Under the pieces are notes generated by a model. The model was not told where the DNA came from, searched no databases, and saw only the letters and a list, made by a program, of their open reading frames with translations. A DNA stretch of 64,000 nt, taken from NCBI GenBank assembly GCA_944372445.1, contig CALVZE010000001.1:50199-114198 (forward strand). The letters are read 5' to 3'. The position numbers and the translations under genes are program-made. Shown here in pieces: positions 15,001-20,531 of this stretch (position 1 is the stretch's first letter; every line of letters starts with the position of its first letter). Origin of the DNA: an uncultured Clostridia bacterium. GTDB lineage: Bacteria; Bacillota; Clostridia; Christensenellales; UBA1242.

Positions 15001-15201
15001 TTTGTAGTAATCGTTAGTGATGTAAATCACATTGCCGTCATCTGTTACTGCCGACATCGACACTTCGTCTTCGTCACTAACAGTTGCAGTGATTGTTGCT
15101 GGCTGAGCAACCAAAACATTCGCGCCAATGCCAAACATAGAAGCAAACACGCAAAGCCCCGCAACCAGCATAAGATTTAATTTCTTTTTAAACTTATCCA
15201 T
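1..15201 (-). CDS. Giant secreted/cell-surface repeat protein of Listeria-Bacteroides repeat (Flg_new / InlB B-repeat) type. The N-terminus is complete and the C-terminus lies beyond the window (>=5067 codons).
   Basis: Absent from the ORF track because no stop falls inside the window. Reverse-strand ATG at 15201-15199 follows AAGGAGA. Hand translation gives MDKFKKKLNLMLVAGLCVFASMFGIGANVLVAQP (signal peptide), then recurring GYxFxGW...LYAxW modules. The same codon phase at 1-69 decodes REGYTFLGWRVLADAGLNLDGS. No listed minus-strand ORF is in this phase, so it must be stop-free throughout. Confidence 0.85.
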   Translation of the reverse strand, partial: MDKFKKKLNLMLVAGLCVFASMFGIGANVLVAQPATITATVSDEDEVSMSAVTDDGNVIYITNDYYKDGASQMGSTSLSALGITNGDELHITNTLIEFSDASGFDNLAGVSLFLDHSIFVYTGSSTSGINMYAGTPTSLIANNSIFFASNGSAVNCPTATTPSYASFYYDTANGIKGYGPNNKEGNEEIIEGNIQLGDPKEGADVGLAYRVGFYAQSAYPINLESTEETTLWTGDWNFSGETLGENNEGWMFSSIEVDAADGTLQGTALYPYPRDYVLENFDGHTITLYANHQQPEAKTGKVVMQMPDTGKIDLSNKYILTRPGYRQKGWKVYPSGEFATEISVTSSMSLYAEWEVIPYTLTYNFNGGTSSSSNTYSYNYDKTFNLLLASEVSKTGYNPDPDAFWQVTTADGNWTHNSTYASGAEISNMYGNVTLTARWQANNFTVVFDNNDDNMTTGATGTMENQEFKYGTPQTLNLNKYQLKGYKFTGWNTERNGSGQSYSDGQSVSNMTTVNEGSVTLFAQWTPEVYTITLNHQQGSNTINTVYLKYETGWYSNEAATSAIASVAVPTRTGYTFGGYYTDTNSGGMQIILDSGVFAENRLTYTTSHDVLYAKWTPINVEITFSPNTVDNLGHALIGTPSITGTGTSNTLTIDYGTSALSGTPKATLAGYTLQGWATTSDGTNYVINADGTVKGTWTASGNNSQITVYAIWAPLKYDVTLNANNGSFASGTTVVLNNVTYGASMTALTAEQIPERPGYEFAGFYDTQDATGGNHYFDETGANTKVWDKVGNTTLYARWTAKTYSVKINMNINRASTSAVSVAYTVTGSVGASLGSGDLTNSTSSVTLSNVAFGQTLSLNFTAPTNYYISNTSLSDNPSDLSASGNQISFDKAFTDVDELSDNTLTINVYLYEVYTISYDQNTGSGTMGSTYKLHGASVNLRANGFAKTGYNFDGWNTEAGGSETDYADQAPYSVNASDTLYAQWEAKTYTVTLDANGGTLGNKTQVTATFDKPFENIPSTSLPTHTGYKFAGFFDSKTEGLQYFNADGTATSRTWTKDSGGTLYAHWTKESYNIIYVYNNGSTEQELGEPYAYDVTTTLILGENINLTGYEISGWKVKSTVGSWTANDIFDNGKNLTEQWGTVTLLAQAKPLLCEINLDTNLPESCNWTVVLDPANTTKIYAVYGTATLYANKTDNTTGSGSGAVKASLNGYNFLGWALDKSAVSADDCIIDANGNLKSPWTKVEATTLYAIWEHDSDGNVITYNFAGGSYNNSTNNLPYNYNVNAEFSLLAGDVVTRTGYTLTGFTASNSASGNWGTSTYTPGQTISAFTKYGAVTLTANWEAKEYVVTLNANGGELGATTTVTATYGEAMPIISEGLPTRTGYTFAGFYDKQTNGTKYYNNDGTSARNWDKAEDGVILYAYWTPNATTVTYNPNGGTMSGLNYATRLEDWSTTSHGVTIDYDAETNVFTLNGTYDTNDHDYNSVFVGFYDEDFTNLNLSAGSYTFGYNVISGDIANPGTVEETNTLTNVYGAFFLNKETDYGNSRTFGTSYIGNSAYENTINITQENLENSRALIMNYLPGEGNTMPTFNNYQIRFYLYYNAPMTTQVITHDENTYIPIAKREGYMFTGWNTEEDGSGKTYNAGNIGELTGGNVTLYAQWKAKRIPVTLNHNKGSASTTPERDYQTVYIDYGTKDVYDAWVGGNKIESLVPTKAGYTFNGWYYNTASNSYTGSNGVLTKNWDINYTSGNFPTLNASWTAKRIQVIQDAGEGEFSDGQKQKTVYIQFDSNKIYSASSGTTTASLEVPERNLYDFDGYYYDNENNIVVNYDGSKLTFSSWTIYDKTDDDNPVTINAKWSVHAYQIAFNANGGRFTTGSADQNELPMKVGENFTLHDAENLKREGYSFLGWAFEENETDPDSIYDAGMVVQSSEEADSLFSQIANHAVMYAIWKADPYTVTYSAGGVEGVTLPSPASFGYTFESTEVLSNNVSRVGYTFAGWKPTADVGPLSSGGYAWDMDTVYQANTSVLGKYGNVTLVAQWTNNTYTVTFNGNGASSGEMDPQEFTYDVTQALSLNEFKRNGYTFLGWARESGASTPTYTDGQEVENLSSSVNGQVELFAVWKANVYAVTLDTNYSPLINNGGSPTLSTPTTVYVVYDSNVIYSSRTGSSQSDYAVSNVVTPVVSNLTGYTFKGWALDGTLITNNLGSLTAVWNRYDASSYTLTAQYDPIEYNLTINFADFAGITALGAMNSTSLTVTRSDDAGYSQSLTYGNSIVITKDFDDDAITITLTRTGTENYYLALGSVPTSGGARNSISFTWTPNKNTSENAVVREIYDITLKVNDATSVEEKIHDQNETFSATPPNGYNFTGWVISDAGDYNGEIIAKGEPFTLNCDATLTAQFVAIEYDITYSFDESVYKEVEYNGESLAQSSVTIEEAYTIEDNLKLLGNETFKRYGYTITEWDFVSGVNQSEGWGSTIFGTGVTAGFGTGFFGDVTLKAIFSTVGYTITYEANGGTFTDASTDSYTIESGATLFGDADIERTGYTLVGWNYKAEGSDTENNWSVNNGTTVDYQKGENVSKKYGNITLVAEWDANDYTITYDANQGRFNTENDATQSYTYPNAISLKNSTNIIRDGYALVGYTISNDEGNWEENYPDGISFAQGETFTTEANLYGDVTLTAVWQALKTNYEVIVYIQTAEKGYTELGRYSDNETYLAGQTVDIEAVKNAIAGGKVNINGFKYRETNGYTTNLEGNALTVVGDGSLEIKIYYDYVVYTATVNAGDDGSFANGGANTATMYYNVYGRVDYANQVVTNQYEGFTLPSTTEIEKTGHTLSKFTVSTTEDLTRGSKWFASTTQLLPGTVISSDADSANNSDRLFGNVTLTAEWQVNTYTVQYNQNYGTGNAGVKGLNYAIREEDWSTTQSGVTIDYDAGTNVFTLDGTSTGDITLVDFAGTFEAGTYIGKYFVQSGSLIRQMGASSAVLTFAFGAVSEDVETVYNTSGTFTLELNETFEGTFSITFSQGYRFNNLEISLGFYKENDVVLEQNITYGEAQPLPYAERTGYHFVGWNTQADGQGTYYSYENIDTITTNDILYAQWEKNDYTIRFDASNNVMYHYILGGISGSLENFESSIVGNEEVVKVTFDSSNINTNITFASGANLIAGEEYVWTIDIKSTQAHNFEIGPLDGVIDYNYTTQGEWVTVTHRYTKKAENPSDFRIMGDWTVGEVFEFKNVSVQKVSDIEADHAIGSRTVRYNESYGTLPTPTKTGYTFNGWYLDEGLETPITSTSTVATAVNHTLYSKWTANTYYVRFNPNGAPYTSLMPNQQFTYDQEPTALSLNTYERPGYIFRGWATNETLNAETYEKRVKYKDGAEVKNLTSEPNGIFNLYAVWEPKTVTVTFNLNDVTDGTGSTEATFTIDALNTNAEMFVKFSEAFSELYITDENSIIGMPSARRAGYEFAGWFTNKTGGENVTESTVAENIVDSDSLAIVLYARWTANPYTVTYDGNGGTVNGDGSTTTVQGAGATFDVDYTYRPNDGTNETNFVKTGYTFAGWSLTPNGAIAYTAEQLGTEGYTTPFIHTSNITLYAVWTEHTYTLTFNSNDNRYPGSVSSVISGQSASVELDYTEEFTLRDIFNKPGYEFVGWVTEALKDTATADSFNTDVAGIADGMIKNDEIVSTLTAVDDGTYNLYAIWRSEPVSYTVNYMYQSVAAARAGTTNLETDFTRHSYTTTKEHAGTKIEVSTLSNTFISSNPALKATMHTSTTSNSDGSYVVAGDGNLVINIYFLRGTYDVTINIGAGIDTVTVLGNANSNITPTSNVYKVYYDETITLSATTKPGYTNPVFKDGEDIVSSMQINTNKTFTVSATPIVVNYNVEIYQQNVDDNNYTKLAEPSTSSGTTDTFVEFVKSTYGVTLNGTKFEYTGFSYNEDKTKEENGGNLANIKIEGDESTTVKLYFDRRSFNVTIVGDTGVESFTGNGSHIYGSTFDITVTEATGYEFVRWTVEGTKLGNFNENVMNQTGLIMGAGDVTLNIITQLETYTLTINANGGTYPSSTTITQDYGTTYKLQTPTRRGYTLADWTLSGDGDGSISGNTTDGFTFTFGVGDNTLTAVWSENSYNITFENVYNSFNVIVADKNGGNAKTVTIPANGTEGSHSYTINVKFTDIVVTTDNGVSTTPTGETYAELKGTNPTRTGYVFGSNEQVNAKWQNLIYLLKGVSEGAYRYSKYFDVSQTKTGWYSDSQQNTNTRAYAFTQLADETTVTISLNWLPMVSEITLSAEKEEGTSTNITATHEKVYANYDGSSLYGSIYEDGRIHEQVSGSAVYPTAERNGYEFLGWFTSEGVQVISASGRLLSNVSGYTNSNGGWASTNDITLYAHWTANRYEIELNVNTGTLDGDSIIDSSVWAEFDSQNLYVDQTSTTTVNPTASKVGYTFNGWTTTQNNLDTLFISAEGELLAPYTELAGDEVFAYFTVNDYEITLDLNAGGDSSATLVTGDVTVTDNKVYITYGTKNIYNSMDTSSRVIVAPKATRTGYDFIGWATSADATALSECVINASGQLINNSTFSEADTLYAVWRIGTFVITTDLTDAKIIDFSITGDATEQETDNTYRVNFGTEVRIAFNNMPGYSFTGFVTTPSGLVITPNEGGYEFTMPAYSFTLKLNSDNNLILVNLDANDDAGATKADALTYDKIYIGYNSKEIYAGRDENIWENIGGTITPTAHRDGYTFLGWSTNRNATTADECLINANGALNSDFTNATNDGAITLHAIWEKTSVSYSVEYYLQNVLGDEYTQDTSRTTPGTGAVDTNVTLSTYQIAIKGFAFGRYETNNTDTSSLNIRGDGQLVVKLYYTRNSYTLTIDKDNEEENIKVSGKYQSTYTLPTVTKTGYTFADWTKESGEGSVSGNTFTFGATDATVKANWTPKIIKVTLDKGEGDSVSISTIYAKYDSSTLYSDEAGNAPLTTMPTASKVGYDFDGFYLDETLVISKTGLVSTWKYADETTLTARFTAHTYTITYQDSYGNPTLSSDTYTILDEIELATSEREGYTFLGWRVLADAGLNLDGS

Positions 15202-15254
15202 TTCATTCTCCTTGTAACCGCGACCGCATACGCGACCTTCTATTACTTGAAAAT

Positions 15255-15284
15255 ATTATAATATATATGCGCAATTGTTGTCAA
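15255..15284 (-). promoter_or_regulatory. Candidate sigma-A promoter of the giant gene
   Basis: On the reverse strand, TTGACA (15284-15279), an 18-nt spacer, then TATAAT (15260-15255), about 50 nt upstream of the ATG. Confidence 0.4.
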
Positions 15285-15820
15285 ATTTAATCATAAAAAA
15301 ATTAAATATTTTTTGATATTTTTCCTTAACATTTTTAGGTTTTTAACAAAAATTTATCTCAAGTGCTAAGCGTATTTACGCACCAATAAATCTTCCAAAA
15401 TCAATTAAAAAATCTTGTATTTTTATAAAAAATGAAGAAAAACAGGGTATTTTTTCAATTTTTTTTGCATTTTTAACGCATTTTTTTAACTTTTTTATTT
15501 TTTGTTTTATTTTTAAAACTTAAAAGGTTATTTTTTAGATTTTTTTCTTGATGAAAACAACCACCGTTTTGCCACCTTAAAACTTTTTAGAACAGCAAAA
15601 AAAATGCAAATTTTTAACATCGTCACCCACTCTTTTGTTTGCAATTTTTAAAATATAAAACACCATTTTCCCAAGCAAAAACAAAAACGTTTAAAAAATC
15701 CAATCTGGACAATTGTTTATTCTCGCCAAATTTAATTCAATAATCTTCACAAAAACAATTATGTTAACCTAATTCAAAATTTTACATAGCATGTATTTAG
15801 ATAACACAAAAGAGGTTGTT

Positions 15821-16585
15821 ATGTCTTCTACACTTTTTATTGTTTTAGGATTTAGTATAATTTTCATTATGACTACCTTAGGAGCTCTTTGCGTTTACTT
15901 CCTTAAAAAGCCCTCTACCTTCGTAAATATGCTGACTATCGGCTTTGCCTCTGGCATAATGCTTTCCGCTTCTATTTGGTCGCTACTTATTCCGTCTATT
16001 GAATATTCAGAAGAACAATATCAAGACCTTTTTATCATCCCTGTTGCAGTAGGTTTTTTACTCGGCGGGATGTTTATGGTGCTTCTTGATAAGATAACGG
16101 GTCATTTCAGCAATTTAAAAAAAGACGAAGGAAAAAATAAAGCCTTTAAACTTTTTACCGCCGTGACAGTTCACAATATACCCGAAGGTCTTGCCGTAGG
16201 TTTTGCCTTTGGTTCCGCATTTGCCACCAACAGCCCGATGTTTTCCGCTTTTCTTATCGCCCTTGGAATTGCTTTACAAAATTTCCCCGAGGGGTTAGCT
16301 GTTGCCTTGCCTATGCACAAGACCCTCAACAATAAGCATAAGGCCTTTTTATACGGCACAGCTAGCGGTATCGTCGAACCTATCTTTGCCATACTAGGCT
16401 TCTTTTTAGCAAGTCAGCTCACCTTTCTAATGCCATGGCTACTATCTTTTTCCGCTGGTGCTATGATATATGTGGTCGGCGAAGAGCTTTTGCCTGAACT
16501 ACATATAAACGAAAAAACAACCATAGGCACATGGGCATTTATGATAGGCTTCATAATAATGATGCTTTTAGATTTATGTCTTTAA
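15821..16585 (+). CDS. zupT: ZIP-family divalent metal (zinc) transporter
   Basis: Multi-TM protein with the HNIPEGLAVG and QNFPEGLAVA motifs typical of ZupT/GufA. The ATG at 15821 follows AAGAGG; the track ORF starts at 15791. Confidence 0.85.
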   Translation: MSSTLFIVLGFSIIFIMTTLGALCVYFLKKPSTFVNMLTIGFASGIMLSASIWSLLIPSIEYSEEQYQDLFIIPVAVGFLLGGMFMVLLDKITGHFSNLKKDEGKNKAFKLFTAVTVHNIPEGLAVGFAFGSAFATNSPMFSAFLIALGIALQNFPEGLAVALPMHKTLNNKHKAFLYGTASGIVEPIFAILGFFLASQLTFLMPWLLSFSAGAMIYVVGEELLPELHINEKTTIGTWAFMIGFIIMMLLDLCL

Positions 16586-16865
16586 AAATAAATTAAAAAA
16601 TAATTTTTATTATAATTAAAAAATGAATTTTTGCATTAATAAAACAATTTAAAATAAAAATAATGAAAACAAAATTTTGCTTATAAAAAACAATTTTAAA
16701 AATTAAATTTGTCAAAATTTTTTCATTCCTTATTTAAAAGCAAATAAATGTTTAAGAATTATAGAAAAATTATTTTAAAAATTAATTTAACCGACAAAAA
16801 ATAATTAAAAATTATAACTTTTAAAATTTATCAAAAAAATAATTAAATAACATTAATTAAATAAC

Positions 16866-16892
16866 AAAAAAACTGATAAAAATCAGTTTTTG
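16866..16892. terminator. Bidirectional hairpin terminator between convergent genes
   Basis: AAAAACTGAT-aaaa-ATCAGTTTTT, a perfect 10-bp stem flanked by A and T runs. Confidence 0.5.
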
Positions 16893-17021
16893 AAATTATT
16901 TTTAAAAATAAAATTGATTTCCTATAAATATCTTTCGTTGACTTAACAGCCAATTACCGGCTCTTCCCAAGGTTAAAACTTTTGTATTTCTCAATAAATT
17001 AGAAAGAACTTAGCTATATTT

Positions 17022-17516
17022 TTACAACTCTAATACCTTGCACAATTCATCCATTTTTTTATTATGCTCATTAACATTTTGCTTTGCTCCCATGTCTAGT
17101 CCACGGAAGTATGGTATATAAACATTTTTCCCGGCAATTTTATTAGGCAATTCTAATTTCTCAGAATTATATGTCCTTGCAATATACCCGCTTGTTGGGT
17201 CAACCAGAACCCATTCGCTATTAAAATAACACTCGCAAAAGGTATGTCCAAAATGCATCCAACTATCCTCTCCATTCTTCAACCTTTTCAACCAATCGTA
17301 TTCTGCGGTGTGCAAAACTGTCGTAGGTATACCAAGCGTTCTAGCAAATGTTGCATACAAAATTGCATAATCAGTGCAACCACTAGACTTTTTGCTTTCC
17401 CAAATTTCTTTAGCGGTTCGCATAAATTTTAATATTTGTATATCTTCTTCCTGCGAATACACAACTTCTTCCTTTATCCACAAAAGCAAGCTATCCAAAA
17501 AGCGTCCGCTGTTCAC
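17022..17516 (-). CDS. Transglutaminase-like cysteine protease superfamily protein (5' end possibly disrupted, see findings)
   Basis: Cys (SSGCTDYA), His (FGHTFCECY) and Asp (LVDPTSG) lie in the order of the transglutaminase-core triad. The track ORF begins at a GTG with no obvious RBS. Confidence 0.7.
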   Translation of the reverse strand: MNSGRFLDSLLLWIKEEVVYSQEEDIQILKFMRTAKEIWESKKSSGCTDYAILYATFARTLGIPTTVLHTAEYDWLKRLKNGEDSWMHFGHTFCECYFNSEWVLVDPTSGYIARTYNSEKLELPNKIAGKNVYIPYFRGLDMGAKQNVNEHNKKMDELCKVLEL

Positions 17517-17699
17517 TTCTTTTTGCTTATCTTTAAGCCCAGCTACAACCTTGTCATAGAAAAATCTTTGGTTAAAAAAGGCTGTGTTAGAGGACCATAT
17601 AGTTTAAAATTTTCAACATCTTCTGCTTTATTCAGCGATTTCATGAATTTCCTTTTAAAAAAAATGCACCAAATGAAATTTGATACAAAAAAATAAATA

Positions 17700-17790
17700 T
17701 GGCGGAGAGTGAGGGATTCGAACCCTCGCTACCTGTTACAGTACTACTCCCTTAGCAGGGGAGCCTCTTCGACCTCTTGAGTAACTCTCC
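17700..17790 (-). tRNA. tRNA-Ser (anticodon GCU), CCA encoded
   Basis: The reverse complement reads GGAGAGTTACTCAAGAGGTCGAAGAGGCTCCCCTGCTAAGGGAG...GGTTCGAATCCCTCACTCTCCGCCA. It has a 7-bp acceptor stem, anticodon loop CTGCTAA, a long variable arm and a T-loop TTCGAAT. Confidence 0.9.
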
Positions 17791-18094
17791 AAATCGACTA
17801 TTTAAGTATAACATTATTATAAATTTTTGTCAATGTTTTTACATGACTTTTTTGTCATAATTGACAACATAACAAACCAAACTCTCTTTCTTATTGCATA
17901 AAACACCAAAGTGACAAGACTATAGTTTGTAAAATATAGTTATTTTTACATAACTTTAATCTTATACATAAAACAAACACACCTTGCTTATATTAGGACT
18001 ATAATTATACAAACATAACTTAATAAAACTTGAAATATAAAAAATAAAAGACAGGTCAAGTTAGCCCATCTTTTATTTATCTACAAAGTTTCTA

Positions 18095-18637
18095 TTAAAA
18101 TTCTTCCACTAATACTTCAAAGAAAGCTTGTGGGTGATTGCATACAGGACAAACCTTTGGAGCCTCATTGCCAACATATACATGTCCGCAATTTCTACAT
18201 ACCCAAATCTTCTTATCAGTCTTTTTGAAAACGGTTTTATTTTTAACTAGGTCTGCAAGTTTTCTATATCTCTCTTCATGTCTTTTTTCTATTTGAGCCA
18301 CGCCTTCAAATTTAGCTGCAATGGCAACAAAGCCCTCTTGACGAGCTTCCTCAGCCATTCTTTTATACATCTCAGTCCATTCACCATTCTCACCAGCAGC
18401 TGCATCTAATAGATTACTTAATGTATCAGGAACATCTCCTCCATGTAATTCCTTAAACCATAACTTAGCATGTTCCTTTTCATTGTCTGCTGTTTCTGTA
18501 AATATAGCAGCAATTTGCTCATAGCCTTCTTTTTTTGCTTTTGAAGCATAGAAAGTGTATTTATTTCTAGCTTGACTTTCGCCAGCAAATGCCTCCATTA
18601 AATTCTTTTCTGTTTTTGTTCCTTTTAACTCTTTCAT
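18095..18637 (-). CDS. rbr: Rubrerythrin
   Basis: N-terminal diiron four-helix-bundle motifs ([21 protein letters not shown]) plus a C-terminal rubredoxin-like CRNCG...CPVC. The ATG at 18637 follows GGAGG. Confidence 0.9.
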   Translation of the reverse strand: MKELKGTKTEKNLMEAFAGESQARNKYTFYASKAKKEGYEQIAAIFTETADNEKEHAKLWFKELHGGDVPDTLSNLLDAAAGENGEWTEMYKRMAEEARQEGFVAIAAKFEGVAQIEKRHEERYRKLADLVKNKTVFKKTDKKIWVCRNCGHVYVGNEAPKVCPVCNHPQAFFEVLVEEF

Positions 18638-18868
18638 GTTTACCTCCATAATTATAATACCACAAAGCAAGTATCAAAGTCAAATATTTAACGGTCTCTA
18701 TATAAAAAATCTAAATTCAAAATTTGGACCAGACTACTTTTGCCAATTTAATAAAGATAATCACATTGTGTTTATATTATAATTTACATTGCTAAACATC
18801 TTTGGTATAAAATGGCTTTTTTTGAAGAGCATATAGACTTATTATTACAAACACTTCTAACGCTTTTC

Positions 18869-18898
18869 ATCAAAATGTTTCACGTGAAACATTTTGAT
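18869..18898. other. parS site 1 (core TGTTTCACGTGAAACA at 18876-18891 within a 30-bp perfect palindrome)
   Basis: Exact match to the Firmicute parS consensus TGTTNCACGTGAAACA. Non-coding, 0.7 kb from parB. Confidence 0.85.
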
Positions 18899-19030
18899 AT
18901 GACTTAAAGCCAGCATACCATATAAAGAAATTATAACATTATCATAAAAAGCATTTTAAAGTCTTTCTTTAATACGATTTGATTTATAATATATGTAACC
19001 AAATCCTTTAATCAATTACAAATGTAAAAA

Positions 19031-19046
19031 TGTTTCACGTGAAACA
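19031..19046. other. parS site 2
   Basis: TGTTTCACGTGAAACA, a perfect 16-bp palindrome. Confidence 0.85.
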
Positions 19047-19189
19047 ATTTTTATGTTGCCAAAACAAACCATGAACATTAAATGTATTAAATTTGCGTAT
19101 AATACATATACATTAATATCAACCATCTTTTGCCTATATTGACCGTTAATATAAATTATAAACAAACTAAGTTATTACCATTTGACCAC

Positions 19190-19213
19190 AAATTGTTTCA
19201 CGTGAAACAATTT
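19190..19213. other. parS site 3 (core 19194-19209, 24-bp perfect palindrome)
   Basis: AAATTGTTTCACGTGAAACAATTT. Confidence 0.85.
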
Positions 19214-19359
19214 CTTTAACTCTAATATATAAAAGGTTCGATTATTATATTACCCTTATGTTAGCAAATGAACAAAACAATAAAACATATCGGCCTCTCG
19301 CGGTAATGTAATGCAATTAATTGTAGTCTTGCCAACTTGTGCGTATTCACGATAATGTC

Positions 19360-19383
19360 TAATTGTTTCACGTGAAACAATTA
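19360..19383. other. parS site 4 (core 19364-19379, 24-bp perfect palindrome)
   Basis: TAATTGTTTCACGTGAAACAATTA. Confidence 0.85.
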
Positions 19384-19522
19384 AAAACATTTAATAAACA
19401 CATAATACACGCTTTTACATTATTTACTACATTATATTGCTGAAAATTTTTAATTATATTGGTTTAAATCACTCTCTTTGCACAAACTCAATATACGCGT
19501 GGTAATTCCTGCTGTATTATAC

Positions 19523-19563
19523 GAAAAAAATAAAAGAGATTGTTTTTAAAGCACAATCTCTTT
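19523..19563 (-). terminator. Rho-independent terminator of parB
   Basis: 11-bp stem AAAGAGATTGT/ACAATCTCTTT followed on the minus strand by T7. Confidence 0.7.
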
Positions 19564-19571
19564 CTTTTAAA

Positions 19572-20528
19572 CTATTGATGTCTTTTATTATAGTTTTGTA
19601 AATCTTGCAATGTCATTTCTTTCTTATTAAGTAATTCAAGAAGTTCTGCAATTCTATCTAAATCATCTCTTGTATAATAGTCAATATATATTCTTCCCTT
19701 GTTATCATTTCCTATCGCACTCACTTTTGTTGCAAATGTCTTTTGCATTTGAATTATTAGCTCTTTCAGTTCTAACGACTGCTCCGGCATAACTATATGA
19801 CGCTTTTGCGGACTTTCCAAGTTTTTAACCGCCTTTTCTAGCTCTCTAACGCTTAGATTTTTGTTTATAGTCAACTGTGCAAGTTTTATCTGCTGATTTT
19901 TATCTTCTATTACCACTAAGCATCTCGCATGACCAGCTGACAGCTTCCCATCTTCCACCATTTTGAGAACATCAGGATACAAAGACAACAATCTAAGAGT
20001 GTTTGCAATGCTAGAACGACTTTTACCAATTCTATCAGCAACAACCTCTTGCGTTAATCCATATTCATCCATCAATTCCTTTATCGCCTTAGCTGCTTCT
20101 ATCGGATTTAAATCTTCACGCTGTAAGTTTTCTATAATACTTATTTCTTTAACTTGCTTATCGGTATAATTTCTTACAACTGCAGGAACTGTCTTTAATC
20201 CACATATATTCGCAGCACGCCATCTTCGTTCGCCCGCAATTATCATGTATGAGCCATCGCCCATATCATTAACCACTATCGGCTGAACGATGCCATGCAT
20301 CTTAATTGATGAGGCTAGTTCGTTTAAAGCTTCGGCGTCAAAGTTTTTTCTAGGCTGATTTGGATTTGGTTTTATCTTTCCTATTTCTATCTCTGTCACT
20401 CCGCCACTTTTTGGCGCCACATCTTTTTTCTCTGGCGTTTTGGTAGTTATATTATTATAACTTTCGTCCTTATACACGCCAAACAACGCATCTAACCCTC
20501 GACCTAATCCCTTTTTGTTATTTATCAT
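19572..20528 (-). CDS. parB: Chromosome partitioning protein ParB/Spo0J
   Basis: GLGRGLDALF N-terminus, the IAGERRWRAA ParB box and an HTH region. Confidence 0.95.
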   Translation of the reverse strand: MINNKKGLGRGLDALFGVYKDESYNNITTKTPEKKDVAPKSGGVTEIEIGKIKPNPNQPRKNFDAEALNELASSIKMHGIVQPIVVNDMGDGSYMIIAGERRWRAANICGLKTVPAVVRNYTDKQVKEISIIENLQREDLNPIEAAKAIKELMDEYGLTQEVVADRIGKSRSSIANTLRLLSLYPDVLKMVEDGKLSAGHARCLVVIEDKNQQIKLAQLTINKNLSVRELEKAVKNLESPQKRHIVMPEQSLELKELIIQMQKTFATKVSAIGNDNKGRIYIDYYTRDDLDRIAELLELLNKKEMTLQDLQNYNKRHQ

Positions 20529-20531
20529 ATT

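Noticed and set aside
1-15201. The idea that the first 15 kb is non-coding or uses a reassigned stop codon, because the ORF track lists only short ORFs there.
   Set aside because: The reverse strand reads open in the standard code from the ATG at 15201 to position 1. The ORF is absent from the track only because its stop is outside the window. The partial PBP gene at 63524-64000 is omitted for the same reason.
15300-15790. Recurrent TGCA(A)TTTTTAA strings and long A/T runs upstream of the ZIP transporter, considered as a Zur box or riboswitch.
   Set aside because: I could find no palindrome resembling a Zur/Fur box and no conserved riboswitch core. It looks like low-complexity AT-rich spacer.
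18869-19383. Palindromic repeats with unique spacers that superficially resemble a CRISPR array.
   Set aside because: The spacers are about 140 bp, far too long. The repeat is exactly the parS consensus, and there are no cas genes or leader.
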